Origin: Candidatus Levyibacteriota bacterium
Lineage (GTDB): Bacteria > Patescibacteriota > Microgenomatia > Levybacterales > UBA12049
NCBI GenBank assembly: GCA_003152105.1
Contig: PLZJ01000003.1
Location: 134,899 to 198,898, forward strand
DNA: 64,000 bases
Reading direction: 5' to 3'
Of the stretch, positions 30,426 through 39,444 are shown one piece after another. A program made the position numbers and the translations under genes. A model generated the notes under the pieces. That model was given only the letters and a program-made list of their open reading frames with translations, was not told where the DNA came from and did not search any database. Every line of letters starts with the position of its first letter. Position 1 is the stretch's first letter.

Positions 30426-30737
30426 TTATTTCAATCCTGAATCGGAAGTAGGACTCTGTGAATCGTTATCATTCGTGCTATCAACTACAATCAAGTGAAT
30501 TGTTCCAGTTTTTGAATGTTTCCCAATTAAATCGAATATCGTTTCTTCTAAAGATTTTTCAGCAGGTTTTGAACTAGAAAACTTTGGAATAGTATATGTT
30601 ACTCTGGGAACTGCATCTAAAACATCCTTAACAGGCGTCAAATCATGCAAGTTACCATCTGAATAAAATCCAGCGTCAATTGCTTTTTTATAATTAATCA
30701 TTCTTTGTGTAGGCACAAATTCCTTCCCTTTATTCAT
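30426..30737 (-). CDS. hypothetical protein (start moved to MNKGKEF)
   Basis: TGcTATAAT 6 nt before the ATG at 30737. Confidence 0.55.
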   Translation of the reverse strand: MNKGKEFVPTQRMINYKKAIDAGFYSDGNLHDLTPVKDVLDAVPRVTYTIPKFSSSKPAEKSLEETIFDLIGKHSKTGTIHLIVVDSTNDNDSQSPTSDSGLK

Positions 30738-30868
30738 AGTGGCATTATAGCAAAAACTGTGTAAAAATATCTTATATAACAAAAAGCAGTAAAATGTATT
30801 AAAATGGCATAAATTAACTTATAGTATTGACAGTTGACCTCACATTTACTACAATTCCAAAATACAAT

Positions 30869-31834
30869 ATGGCAAGAGCTGAAAATGATCAACCACAACA
30901 AGAAAGCTTCTTAAGTAAAAGGATAGGAATGTTTCGTAAAAAAGGGATATTTTCTCCCAGTCCCGTCCAAACTGCTGATGCTGACAAACCACTCTCAGCG
31001 CAACTCCTAGGGGTAAATATGCTTGAGAGCTCAGAAGAAAATATTTCTTGGGATAAATTTAAATTTTATTTCTCAGCACTTCCTCTTTCAATCGAACAAT
31101 TAAATCCAAGTCGCGCTGGATTTGGAGATTTGTATGTAGCGCAAAGAAACTCAGGTCAACCTATAACGGTAGTTCCAATGTATATAAAGGAATGGAAAAA
31201 GGGACATCATGGATTCCATGAAGATTTACTTCTCATTCTGGCACTTAATCATCATGATCATGTTGTTGGAATGAGAACGATAAATATGAAATTTTCTGGA
31301 CCAGTAATTCAATCTGAAGGAGCAGTTGCTTCAGCTATCTGTGATGAAGGAATTGCAAGCGTCTTAGAACAAGTAAGAGATCGAACAATGCATGAACTAC
31401 TTACTAAGCTTCGTCGTGAAGGAAAAGGAATTAAGGCAATTAAACACACTGTGCAAGATGAAAATAAAGGAGCACTTGAAAAGTTTCAAAGCGAAGCACG
31501 TTTACATCCAGAAGATCCATTATTTGCAATGAGATTTGAGCATGCAAGAGAAGATAGACCAAGATGGGAAACGCTTTTTAGTCCAAGTAGTCAAAGACAT
31601 ATTAATCCAAACCAACAAATTTGGATTCAACCAAATGACTTGTTATCGAGAGGATTTTGTTCACCTGAAAAAACGGTGTTTATGATGAAAAAACAAAAAG
31701 GACAAGAGGGTACTGTGTGGGATTTTGAAGAATTTTCTGATCAAACAATTATCAGTACAATGCAACAAAGATATCTAGACAAACCTTACTTAGCAACTCA
31801 AATGAAACTTGCATTGACACAAAGACCTGAATAA
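30869..31834 (+). CDS. hypothetical protein, possible degenerate GNAT-like fold
   Basis: Long ORF, likely start MARAEND at 30869; VVGMR...GAVAS.ICDEGIASVL weakly resembles GNAT motif A. Confidence 0.6.
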   Translation: MARAENDQPQQESFLSKRIGMFRKKGIFSPSPVQTADADKPLSAQLLGVNMLESSEENISWDKFKFYFSALPLSIEQLNPSRAGFGDLYVAQRNSGQPITVVPMYIKEWKKGHHGFHEDLLLILALNHHDHVVGMRTINMKFSGPVIQSEGAVASAICDEGIASVLEQVRDRTMHELLTKLRREGKGIKAIKHTVQDENKGALEKFQSEARLHPEDPLFAMRFEHAREDRPRWETLFSPSSQRHINPNQQIWIQPNDLLSRGFCSPEKTVFMMKKQKGQEGTVWDFEEFSDQTIISTMQQRYLDKPYLATQMKLALTQRPE

Positions 31835-31869
31835 CAAATTAAGCAGTAATCGCTACTTATATCACTTAG

Positions 31870-32469
31870 TTAGGATTTTTGATATACCTTTTTAAATTGC
31901 GGAAGATCAGCTGCTCTCTTCTCTCTCTTATATCCAAGTTCTACGGCTAGGGCACTTGACCATCCGCTTCGTACTATTGAAGTATCATTATCATCGCTTG
32001 CACTTGCTGCATCAATAATTCTGGCGATTACCGTTTTTCCATCAAAATCCTCTGGATATCTTCTCATAACATCTCTAATAACCCGGTCAGACATAAGACC
32101 AAGTGTTGAACCAAGACCTTTCCCTTCAAATCCTGGTCTTGTAAGCGAGGCAGACGTAATAGTAATTACTCCGTTTTTCGTATGATTAAAATAAAATGAT
32201 CTTCCTGAAACTTCTCCACCCATTAGCACTACTTTACTTAAATTATTATCAGTATACAGAGAATCGGCAAGTGCTGAAGGCTGTGTAAGCGACAGCACAA
32301 GTCGTGCCTGACGAGCATAAATGTTATGCACATAGTACGCCAGTATATAAGGAGTGCGTTCAATGATTTGTTCATGAGATCCAACAAAACCATTAGAATC
32401 ACTAGATCTTTCAAATGGAAGTGAAGCTGATCTTCCTTTTATTGCTGGTCTATTCTCGAGTCCTATCAT
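31870..32469 (-). CDS. hypothetical protein with GNAT motif A-like segment
   Basis: TRPGFEGKGLGSTL; TGcTATAAT and AGGAG upstream. Confidence 0.6.
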   Translation of the reverse strand: MIGLENRPAIKGRSASLPFERSSDSNGFVGSHEQIIERTPYILAYYVHNIYARQARLVLSLTQPSALADSLYTDNNLSKVVLMGGEVSGRSFYFNHTKNGVITITSASLTRPGFEGKGLGSTLGLMSDRVIRDVMRRYPEDFDGKTVIARIIDAASASDDNDTSIVRSGWSSALAVELGYKREKRAADLPQFKKVYQKS

Positions 32470-32566
32470 AGAACTCCTATTATAGCATAAAATAAGCCTA
32501 TAATAAAGTGTTGTTGAAATAAACCAGCTTCAATGAAGATATTGAGAATAAGATAAAATGAACTAT

Positions 32567-33439
32567 CTATAAATCGGTTACTTGAGGAATTACTTCGAGA
32601 GATACTTTTTTAATCGGATCTATTTCATACATGGTAGGAATGCCCATTATTGCATGATCAATTCCAAGACTATGAAGATGCTTTAATTCTTCAACTACTT
32701 TTTTTGCATCAAACTCAGGTGGCACTTGATAGAGAACTGTTTTTTCAATTTCATCATAATTTCTCCCAACATCGCTGCAATGTTTTTTTAATATATCAAG
32801 TTTTCGAACGAGTTCCTCTTCACCAGCTCTTGCAAATAAATTACATGCATCTGCATACTGTGCAACGTATCGAAGGGTCTTTTTTTCACCACCACCACCA
32901 ATTAATATTGGAGGATGTGGTTTTGAAATAGCTTGCGGATGATTCAAAGGACGGGGGAGAGTAAATTGTTTTCCAGTAAATGCACGCTCATCATCGCTCC
33001 ACATTTGCTTTGCTAGTTTTAATACATCTTCTAGTTGTTCAAATCTGACTTTAATTTCAGGAAATGGAAACCCAAGTGCTTTCGATTCACTTTCATTCCA
33101 TGCAGCACCAACACCAAAATATGCTCTTCCATTACTAATAACATCAAGCGTAGTTACTGCTTTTATTAAAAGTGCAGGTTGTCGATAGATAACTCCCGTA
33201 ACCATTGTTCCAAGTTTTACCTGTTTTGTAATACCAGCTAAATACCCAAGTGTAGTATATGCTTCAAGCATTGGCTCTTCTTCAGGACCGATATATTCTA
33301 TTTGGAAAAAATGATCCATTACCCATAAACTAGAAAAGCCGCCTTTATCAGCAGTTTGTGCAATTTTTGTAAGTATCGAATGGATTGTTTTTGGCTCTCC
33401 AGGCCAAGTGAATTTACTAATTTGAAGTCCGACTTTCAT
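32567..33439 (-). CDS. LLM-class F420-dependent oxidoreductase (Rv1855c-like)
   Basis: LWVMDHFFQI, PMLEAYTTLGYLA, LGTMVTGVIYRQP, GVGAAWNESE, ILIGGGGEKKTLRYVAQYADACN; start MKVGLQ at 33439. Confidence 0.92.
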   Translation of the reverse strand: MKVGLQISKFTWPGEPKTIHSILTKIAQTADKGGFSSLWVMDHFFQIEYIGPEEEPMLEAYTTLGYLAGITKQVKLGTMVTGVIYRQPALLIKAVTTLDVISNGRAYFGVGAAWNESESKALGFPFPEIKVRFEQLEDVLKLAKQMWSDDERAFTGKQFTLPRPLNHPQAISKPHPPILIGGGGEKKTLRYVAQYADACNLFARAGEEELVRKLDILKKHCSDVGRNYDEIEKTVLYQVPPEFDAKKVVEELKHLHSLGIDHAIMGIPTMYEIDPIKKVSLEVIPQVTDL

Positions 33440-33537
33440 TTCTATAAGTGTAGCGCATTTTTGTAACATTTGTGTAAGAAAATATAAACTCTATTGACTT
33501 ATATTTTATATAGTTATATGCTTTGTACACAAAACAT

Positions 33538-33936
33538 ATGGATAATAGTAAAATCATTGAGGAATTTCGAAAAAACCACGGTAAAGTAGGCGGCATGTTT
33601 GAGGGAATGAATATTTTGCTTGTGACTGCAATTGGTGCAAAATCTGGCAAAGAAATTACCTTTCCCGTTGCGTATACCATTGACGATGGTCAATATATCA
33701 TTGTTGCATCCAAAGGGGGAGCACCTGAGAATCCAAGTTGGTATTATAACTTAACTTCACATCCTCAAGTAGTTGTTGAACTAGGTGATGAAAAATTCAA
33801 TGCGGTTGCTAAGGAAACAATCAATGAAGAAAGAGAACGATTATTTGATTTACACGCAAAAGTTTATCCAACCTTCTATGAATATAAAGCAAAAACATCA
33901 CGAGTTATTCCTGTCTTTTTACTCAAAAGAGCATAA
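33538..33936 (+). CDS. deazaflavin (F420H2)-dependent nitroreductase/quinone reductase, Ddn/FDOR-A family
   Basis: N..IIEEFRKNHGKVGGMF, LL.T.GAKSG, VASKGGAPENPSWYYNL, F.EY.AKTSR.IPV. Confidence 0.92.
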   Translation: MDNSKIIEEFRKNHGKVGGMFEGMNILLVTAIGAKSGKEITFPVAYTIDDGQYIIVASKGGAPENPSWYYNLTSHPQVVVELGDEKFNAVAKETINEERERLFDLHAKVYPTFYEYKAKTSRVIPVFLLKRA

Positions 33937-34033
33937 TATATTCTCCTAACTATTGACTTCCATAATCTCCAGAATAGTATCTCAAATGTATATTACATGA
34001 AAGTGAAAAAGAAATAATAAAAATATAGTATAT

Positions 34034-34143
34034 GAGTGGAATGGCAGGGGGAAGAAAATAGGCGCAGAATTGCGTTTTGCGTGCGAGCCCTGGTTGGGGA
34101 TCGTGCCTATTTCTTCTTTCATGCGTATGCATGCCTGCCACTC
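34034..34143 (+). other. GC-rich long hairpin element (candidate small RNA)
   Basis: TGGCAGG/CCTGCCA, GAAGAAAATAGGCGC/GTGCCTATTTCTTC, GAGT/ACTC and side hairpin CATGC-GTAT-GCATG; G-U pairs favour the plus strand. Confidence 0.4.
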
Positions 34144-34205
34144 CTTGGCATCACCTCCTTTCATAGAAATATTTTAGAATCGAACTCTGTGGTTACCCGA
34201 CGTCC

Positions 34206-34850
34206 TTACAGACTTGCTGCAACAACGGGATCCATGTCCATCATGATAACGTGGATTTCCACTTCTCCGTCGACAAGATTACCGAACATGTCACCCATAT
34301 GAAGTCGATACGAGTTGCGTATCTTTTCAGAGGCGGCGGCATCAAGACGCAACTGACATGGTCTGCATGACCGAACGTGATCCTTGAGCTCGCTACTGAG
34401 GTACGGAAATTCGTCGACGGTGAACTCTACTCTGGTCGTCAATCTCTCGAAAGGGTCATCCACCGAGGGTCGATGAGTGAGCAAATCGAACCAATCGAGC
34501 GTGAGTTGCCGATCACAGAGCGCATCCGAAAGATGGGCGACGCCGTCGAAAGGAACCACGCACGCAAAGATTGGGTTTTCGAGATAACGGTTGACATCGT
34601 TATAGAGCAACTGGCCGGGGCCGAGAACAAGAACCAGTGGGCAAGAAGTAAGAAGCTTCGAAAAGTCTTCGCTCTTATTGGCGTAATCGATGATCGACTC
34701 GAGTGAGCCGGTATCCACAACCACAACGTAGTCGCTTGGCCAGCTATCGAAATCAACCACGATCGCATCTTCACTCAAGTCCTCTGGTAGAGCCTTGATA
34801 AGTTCCTCTGAGACTCCCTCGAAAATATACACGAATCGAATTCCTTTCAC
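34206..34850 (-). CDS. hypothetical protein of atypically high GC with an HxxxCxxC motif
   Basis: 214-aa ORF in a visibly GC-richer stretch; KDHVRSCRPCQ resembles a zinc-binding anti-sigma motif. Confidence 0.55.
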   Translation of the reverse strand: MKGIRFVYIFEGVSEELIKALPEDLSEDAIVVDFDSWPSDYVVVVDTGSLESIIDYANKSEDFSKLLTSCPLVLVLGPGQLLYNDVNRYLENPIFACVVPFDGVAHLSDALCDRQLTLDWFDLLTHRPSVDDPFERLTTRVEFTVDEFPYLSSELKDHVRSCRPCQLRLDAAASEKIRNSYRLHMGDMFGNLVDGEVEIHVIMMDMDPVVAASL

Positions 34851-35086
34851 GTGAATCAGGTTTTGACTACTCTACGATCTCTGATATTTCATGAGCACTT
34901 CTTAGTAAAAAGCCTCATCCTCTTCCTTCTCTTATTCTTTGTTTTGTTTTTAGTTCACATGCGTAACTCCGTTAACATAAAATTATCATTCCAAAATGGA
35001 AGACACTTTAAGTACCATGTAAAATGATAATCAAAGTGCCTTCCACTTGTATTTCTATAAAGGTGTTAATGAGCCAGTAAAAAAGT

Positions 35087-35131
35087 AAAAACAACATTTA
35101 ATAGGCAGCTTATGCCTAATTTGCTGTTTTT
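35087..35131 (-). terminator. putative terminator downstream of cofC
   Basis: TAGGCA-gctta-TGCCTA core inside AAAAACA/TGTTTTT arms, ~60 nt after the cofC stop. Confidence 0.45.
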
Positions 35132-35193
35132 AGTTTAGGAATTGTATCAGAAAGCATTACATTAGTCAATTACTACAGGGTGAAAAAAGAGAT

Positions 35194-35787
35194 TTATGTA
35201 TGTACATTTTGTGACTTAGAAAATAAAGCTAAATCATCCATAGTATCAATATCAAACGCAGTTGTATTATTCACATATACGTAGTAAGACAAATTATTGT
35301 TTTTTGCACACTTTTCAAATTTTTTTAGACTGTTTCGCCCAAATAAATAGGGGAGTAGTAATGGTTTTTTCATAGCTATTGCGTTTGTTCCTGTTTGCTC
35401 TTTGGAAGAAGCAAAAACAATATCATATTTTCCAAGTAGAGTTACCATATCCTGTACATTCTGGGTCGTAACAAGAGGCAAATCAGAAGAAATAACCAGA
35501 AGTGGTTTTGATTCTACTAATAAAGAGGCTTCAGTCAACGCCTTATTATGTGTTGTTGTTTTGTCAAAAAGTGTTTTTACACCAAATTCTTTTGCTAAAC
35601 TTGCTACTTTCTTGTCTTTTGAAACCAAGTAAATGTCGTCACATACTTTTGAGTGAATAAGAGTAGCTATAACGTGAGATACCATTGATAATACCAACGC
35701 TTCTCTTTGTTCGATACTTAATTGTTTTGAAAGTCGAGACTTTGCATTTGCTAATAACTTAACAGGTATTAATACATTTACTTTCAT
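35194..35787 (-). CDS. cofC: 2-phospho-L-lactate/PEP guanylyltransferase
   Basis: IPVK.L..AKSRLS, SDLP, TGTNA, FG..S, DIDT.DDL; overlaps cofD by 4 nt. Confidence 0.92.
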   Translation of the reverse strand: MKVNVLIPVKLLANAKSRLSKQLSIEQREALVLSMVSHVIATLIHSKVCDDIYLVSKDKKVASLAKEFGVKTLFDKTTTHNKALTEASLLVESKPLLVISSDLPLVTTQNVQDMVTLLGKYDIVFASSKEQTGTNAIAMKKPLLLPYLFGRNSLKKFEKCAKNNNLSYYVYVNNTTAFDIDTMDDLALFSKSQNVHT

Positions 35788-36707
35788 ATTGCATGTAAAA
35801 CAGTTTCAGCTAATGCTTTCTTTGATAGCAGCGTTTTCATTATTGTATTGGTAATGACAACTTTTATAGCAAATCGTTCAATTTCTTTTTTTAATACACT
35901 ATCCTTCTTATCAATTATCAAAACATCGATAAAGTCTTGATACAGTTTTGCAACACCAATGGCGGATGGTTCAAATCCAAGACCTGAGAGCATCTTATCT
36001 GCTGGACCTTTAATTGTTTTTCCTGCAATTATTGGACTTATTGCTATTTTTTTAGCTTTTGCTTGAAATAACAATTCTCGCATTGTAGGAACTGCTAAAA
36101 TTGCGCCGATACTAACAATTGGATTACTAGGAGCAACAATAATACAATCTGCTCCCGCAATTGCCTCTTTTACCTCATCACTTGGGGTTGCCTGTGCGAT
36201 CCCTTTAAACCACACATCCACTACCTGATCTTTGCATTTTCTTTTTACAAAATATTCCTGAAAGGGAAATACTCCCTTTCTTGTATGTACCATTGTTGTA
36301 ATCTTGTCATTTGTCATTGGAAGAAGAGCTATGGGAATGTTATATCTTTCAACGAGTTGTTTTGTTACTTCAGTTTTTGTTTTACCGCTTTGAAGTAGTG
36401 AAGTACGTAGCAGATGTGTTGCAATATCTTTATCACCAAGCGTAAACCACGTATCAATTCCTAGTTTCTTAAGTTGAGAAAGCGTCGTATATGTGTCATT
36501 TTTTACACCCCATCCTTGTTTTTTATTATTGTTCCCAGATAGTGTATAGATAATAGTGTCAATATCAGGACATACGTATAGACCGTAAAACTCTTCGTCA
36601 TCTCCAGTATTCACGATTACGGTAATGTCTTTTGGATCAGTAACTTTGACGAGTCCTTCTAAAAATCGTGCGGCTCCAACGCCACCTGCGAGTACTGTTA
36701 TTTTCAT
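35784..36707 (-). CDS. cofD: 2-phospho-L-lactate transferase (LPPG:Fo transferase)
   Basis: LAGGVGAARFL.G, VNTGDD...GL.VCPDIDT, WFTLGDKD.ATH, FQEYFV, APSNP.VSIG.IL, KGPADK. Confidence 0.96.
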   Translation of the reverse strand: MKITVLAGGVGAARFLEGLVKVTDPKDITVIVNTGDDEEFYGLYVCPDIDTIIYTLSGNNNKKQGWGVKNDTYTTLSQLKKLGIDTWFTLGDKDIATHLLRTSLLQSGKTKTEVTKQLVERYNIPIALLPMTNDKITTMVHTRKGVFPFQEYFVKRKCKDQVVDVWFKGIAQATPSDEVKEAIAGADCIIVAPSNPIVSIGAILAVPTMRELLFQAKAKKIAISPIIAGKTIKGPADKMLSGLGFEPSAIGVAKLYQDFIDVLIIDKKDSVLKKEIERFAIKVVITNTIMKTLLSKKALAETVLHAI

Positions 36708-36710
36708 ATG

Positions 36711-37469
36711 CTAACGGAATAAGTCAATTTTTGCATTTCGTAAAAGCGTTTTTGCATCTGTATTTTTTTCTTGATATGCATAGCCTCGGATATGAGCAGC
36801 TGGAACTTTATCTACTTTTCCCATTACAAGTTCTGCACTTGCTGCAAGTTCATCTGCTATACCAATAACACTGGCAGAAAGCGTATACCCATACGAATCT
36901 TTTTCTCCTCTATAATCACGTATTGCCTCCATTCCTGCTACGCCAATTGCAAAATTTACTTGCCCTTCTCTCCATGGCCTTCCCCATGTATCAGAAATGA
37001 TAACCGCGACTTTTTGTACACCACTTAGTTCTTGCAGATTACTTCGAATAAGTTTTGCGGATGCATCTGGATCGCTGGGTAAAAGCGTTGCCGTGTCTGT
37101 GTTTCCAACATTTGATTGATCTATACCAGCATTTGCGCATATAAAACCTTGTTTTGTTTCAGAAATAATTACCCCATGATCCATACGAACTATTCGTTTA
37201 CTTTCTCGAAAAATCAATTCAATAAGACGTGGGTCTTTTTTAAATTCAGTTGCAAAACCTATTGCTTTATCAGAGGGTTCTATTTCGGAAAGCAAAACAA
37301 CTTGCCCTTCAGCTTTGGATACGATTTTTTGTGTAACAACAAGTATGTCACCCTCTTCTATATGAAGATTCTGTTTTTTACATGATGAAACTAAATGCAT
37401 TGCAATGTTTGAGGCTTTTGTAATTTCTCCTATATGCGTAAGAGGTGAAATAATTACTGTATCAGTCAT
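36711..37469 (-). CDS. cofE: coenzyme F420-0:L-glutamate ligase (stand-alone, no nitroreductase domain)
   Basis: VVTQKIVSKAEG, CANAGIDQSN, LLP.DPDASA, ISDTWGRPWREG, ADELAASA.LVMGK, DLFR. Confidence 0.96.
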   Translation of the reverse strand: MTDTVIISPLTHIGEITKASNIAMHLVSSCKKQNLHIEEGDILVVTQKIVSKAEGQVVLLSEIEPSDKAIGFATEFKKDPRLIELIFRESKRIVRMDHGVIISETKQGFICANAGIDQSNVGNTDTATLLPSDPDASAKLIRSNLQELSGVQKVAVIISDTWGRPWREGQVNFAIGVAGMEAIRDYRGEKDSYGYTLSASVIGIADELAASAELVMGKVDKVPAAHIRGYAYQEKNTDAKTLLRNAKIDLFR

Positions 37470-38449
37470 AATGCCCTAAGATTTGGCAGTACCTCTTTTC
37501 CAAGCAGTTCTATAATAGCAGTCTGATTTTTTCCTGTTGTTTGTATAACTACCGTATCAGCATTTACCGTTGTTATCAGTGGTGCATAATTTTCAATATA
37601 ATCAGAAGCGTTTGCAACGATTGAATACCTTGAGAGGATATCTTCTTTTGAAAGCGAATCTGCTTCATCTTGCAACTGCTTTGGATCAACCGCATGATCT
37701 CGGCTAGGAGCTCTGAGCCCTCTCCAAGGCTGAATAGCCAAAAACGCTTCGTCATCATTTTGTGCATAAATTGACCATCTACTTGCTGTTACTTGAAAAT
37801 CTTTTTTCCCAATTGCTTTTGCTTTATCTCGGGTAGGTGATACAACAAGATTTGCACTGTCATCTGCATTTTTAACACTAACAATAATGCCATCTGCATG
37901 TTCAGCAGAGAGCATTCCTGATTTTGGACCTCCAGCAGCAAGAAGTATCGGAACTTTATGTAGCGGAGGGGAGTACAGTTTTACATTTTTAGTTTGATAA
38001 TACTCGCCCTTAAACGTAACTTTTTCTCCGCTTAATAATCTCTGCATAATTTCTAATGCTTCAATCATTCGCTCTGATCGTTCTTTATATTTTGGAAATT
38101 CATACCCAAGTGGAGATTCGTTAATTGATTCACCTGTGCCAACTCCTAAACTTACCCGACCATTCGAAAGTCTATCAATTGTTGCAATTGCTTGTGCAAC
38201 AACTGCTGGATGGTAACGAAAGAGGGGAGTGACAACACCTGTCATCAGTTCTATTTTTTTCGTTGCTTGTGCAACTGCGCCAAGTGTTGCAAATGCAAAC
38301 CCTGAACTTCCTTTATCCTCAACCCATGGATGAAAGTGTTCAGAAACAAAAAGCCCATCAAATCCTGCTTTTTCAGCAAGTACAGCATGTGAAACTAATT
38401 CTTCGGGCTGAAATTGTTCATGTCCTAAATAATAATAGAGTTTTTTCAT
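37466..38449 (-). CDS. F420-dependent LLM dehydrogenase, Fgd (glucose-6-phosphate dehydrogenase) family
   Basis: GHEQF.P.EL, SEHFHPW, TGV.TP.FRYHPAVVAQA.AT, GVGTGESINE; exact substrate not certain. Confidence 0.88.
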   Translation of the reverse strand: MKKLYYYLGHEQFQPEELVSHAVLAEKAGFDGLFVSEHFHPWVEDKGSSGFAFATLGAVAQATKKIELMTGVVTPLFRYHPAVVAQAIATIDRLSNGRVSLGVGTGESINESPLGYEFPKYKERSERMIEALEIMQRLLSGEKVTFKGEYYQTKNVKLYSPPLHKVPILLAAGGPKSGMLSAEHADGIIVSVKNADDSANLVVSPTRDKAKAIGKKDFQVTASRWSIYAQNDDEAFLAIQPWRGLRAPSRDHAVDPKQLQDEADSLSKEDILSRYSIVANASDYIENYAPLITTVNADTVVIQTTGKNQTAIIELLGKEVLPNLRAL

Positions 38450-38508
38450 TCGAGTTGTATCTGTGTATCATAGCAAATTTTTGTGAGATTTATGCAAGAA
38501 AATACTCG

Positions 38509-39438
38509 TTATTCTTTAAGAAGTAATATGTATAAGAATATGAGGCTTGGGATAACAAAAACCATCCCAATACCAAATGACCAAAGCATAAGTTGAAATG
38601 TTTTCAAATCAGTAAACGCGTTATATATGGTAATACTTGGATAAATAAGATAGGGCAAATGAAGGAGGGCAAAGAAAAATAATACTGCTCCCATTAAAAG
38701 AGATATCGTAAGAAATAATAATAAATGTTTTCTTGCAACAAAGAATACCAAGGAAGAAAGTAATAAGAAAATAATTATACTACTATAGATATGTAGGTTA
38801 GCATCGCTCAGTAACATCCAGGAAGAAGTGTGGATAAGATCATACATAAATAATATAAGACTTAAAACAAATATGACATATGAAAAGGAAAGTATTCTTC
38901 TGAGTAAATGGAAATCAGATTTATTTTTACTATAAAATTGATAAAACGATCCAGAAATTAATAGTATGTTTGACAAAACAAGCGCATATATAGGTAAGTT
39001 AAGATTTTGCAAAAAGAGATTAGTAGTATTTCCTGTTATCATATATACAAACCCAGAAGAAAAGAAAAGAGGAGCTAAGAAACAAGATAGAAAAAATACT
39101 ATTCTAATCAACTTCGAATCCATATCACCATAAAAAAGAAATAACATACAAGCAGATCTTACACCAAGAAATAAAAATGCTATAAGGAGCGGAACTATTA
39201 AATTCGTTCCAAAAAAATAGGTTGATTTTGGAAAAAACGTAAAAATACAGATAATAGTGAAAACTAAAAACACATTTGTCGTTTCCCAAATAGGGGATAT
39301 AGCTTGTTTTAACAAGATGTCATTTCTTAGTATTTTTGGGAATAGTAAAAAAAATGATGTTCCATATTCAATTGAAGTAAAAAGCATATACGCATATAAA
39401 AATACAAGTGGAATGAGAGCAGCTAATAATTGATACAT
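38509..39438 (-). CDS. cydB: cytochrome bd quinol oxidase subunit II
   Basis: SIEYG, ISPIWETTNVFLV...FFP, R...F, PYLIYP.ITI..AFT; multi-TM; directly follows cydA. Confidence 0.85.
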   Translation of the reverse strand: MYQLLAALIPLVFLYAYMLFTSIEYGTSFFLLFPKILRNDILLKQAISPIWETTNVFLVFTIICIFTFFPKSTYFFGTNLIVPLLIAFLFLGVRSACMLFLFYGDMDSKLIRIVFFLSCFLAPLFFSSGFVYMITGNTTNLFLQNLNLPIYALVLSNILLISGSFYQFYSKNKSDFHLLRRILSFSYVIFVLSLILFMYDLIHTSSWMLLSDANLHIYSSIIIFLLLSSLVFFVARKHLLLFLTISLLMGAVLFFFALLHLPYLIYPSITIYNAFTDLKTFQLMLWSFGIGMVFVIPSLIFLYILLLKE

Positions 39439-39444
39439 AATAAA

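Noticed and set aside
34036-34774. Overlapping ORFs 34036-34302(+), 34377-34706(+), 34439-34774(-)
   Set aside because: Shadow ORFs expected from the locally higher GC; the 214-aa minus-strand frame is the longest and most protein-like.
34030-34860. IS element or MITE as the cause of the GC-rich insert
   Set aside because: No transposase motifs, terminal inverted repeats or target-site duplication found by eye.
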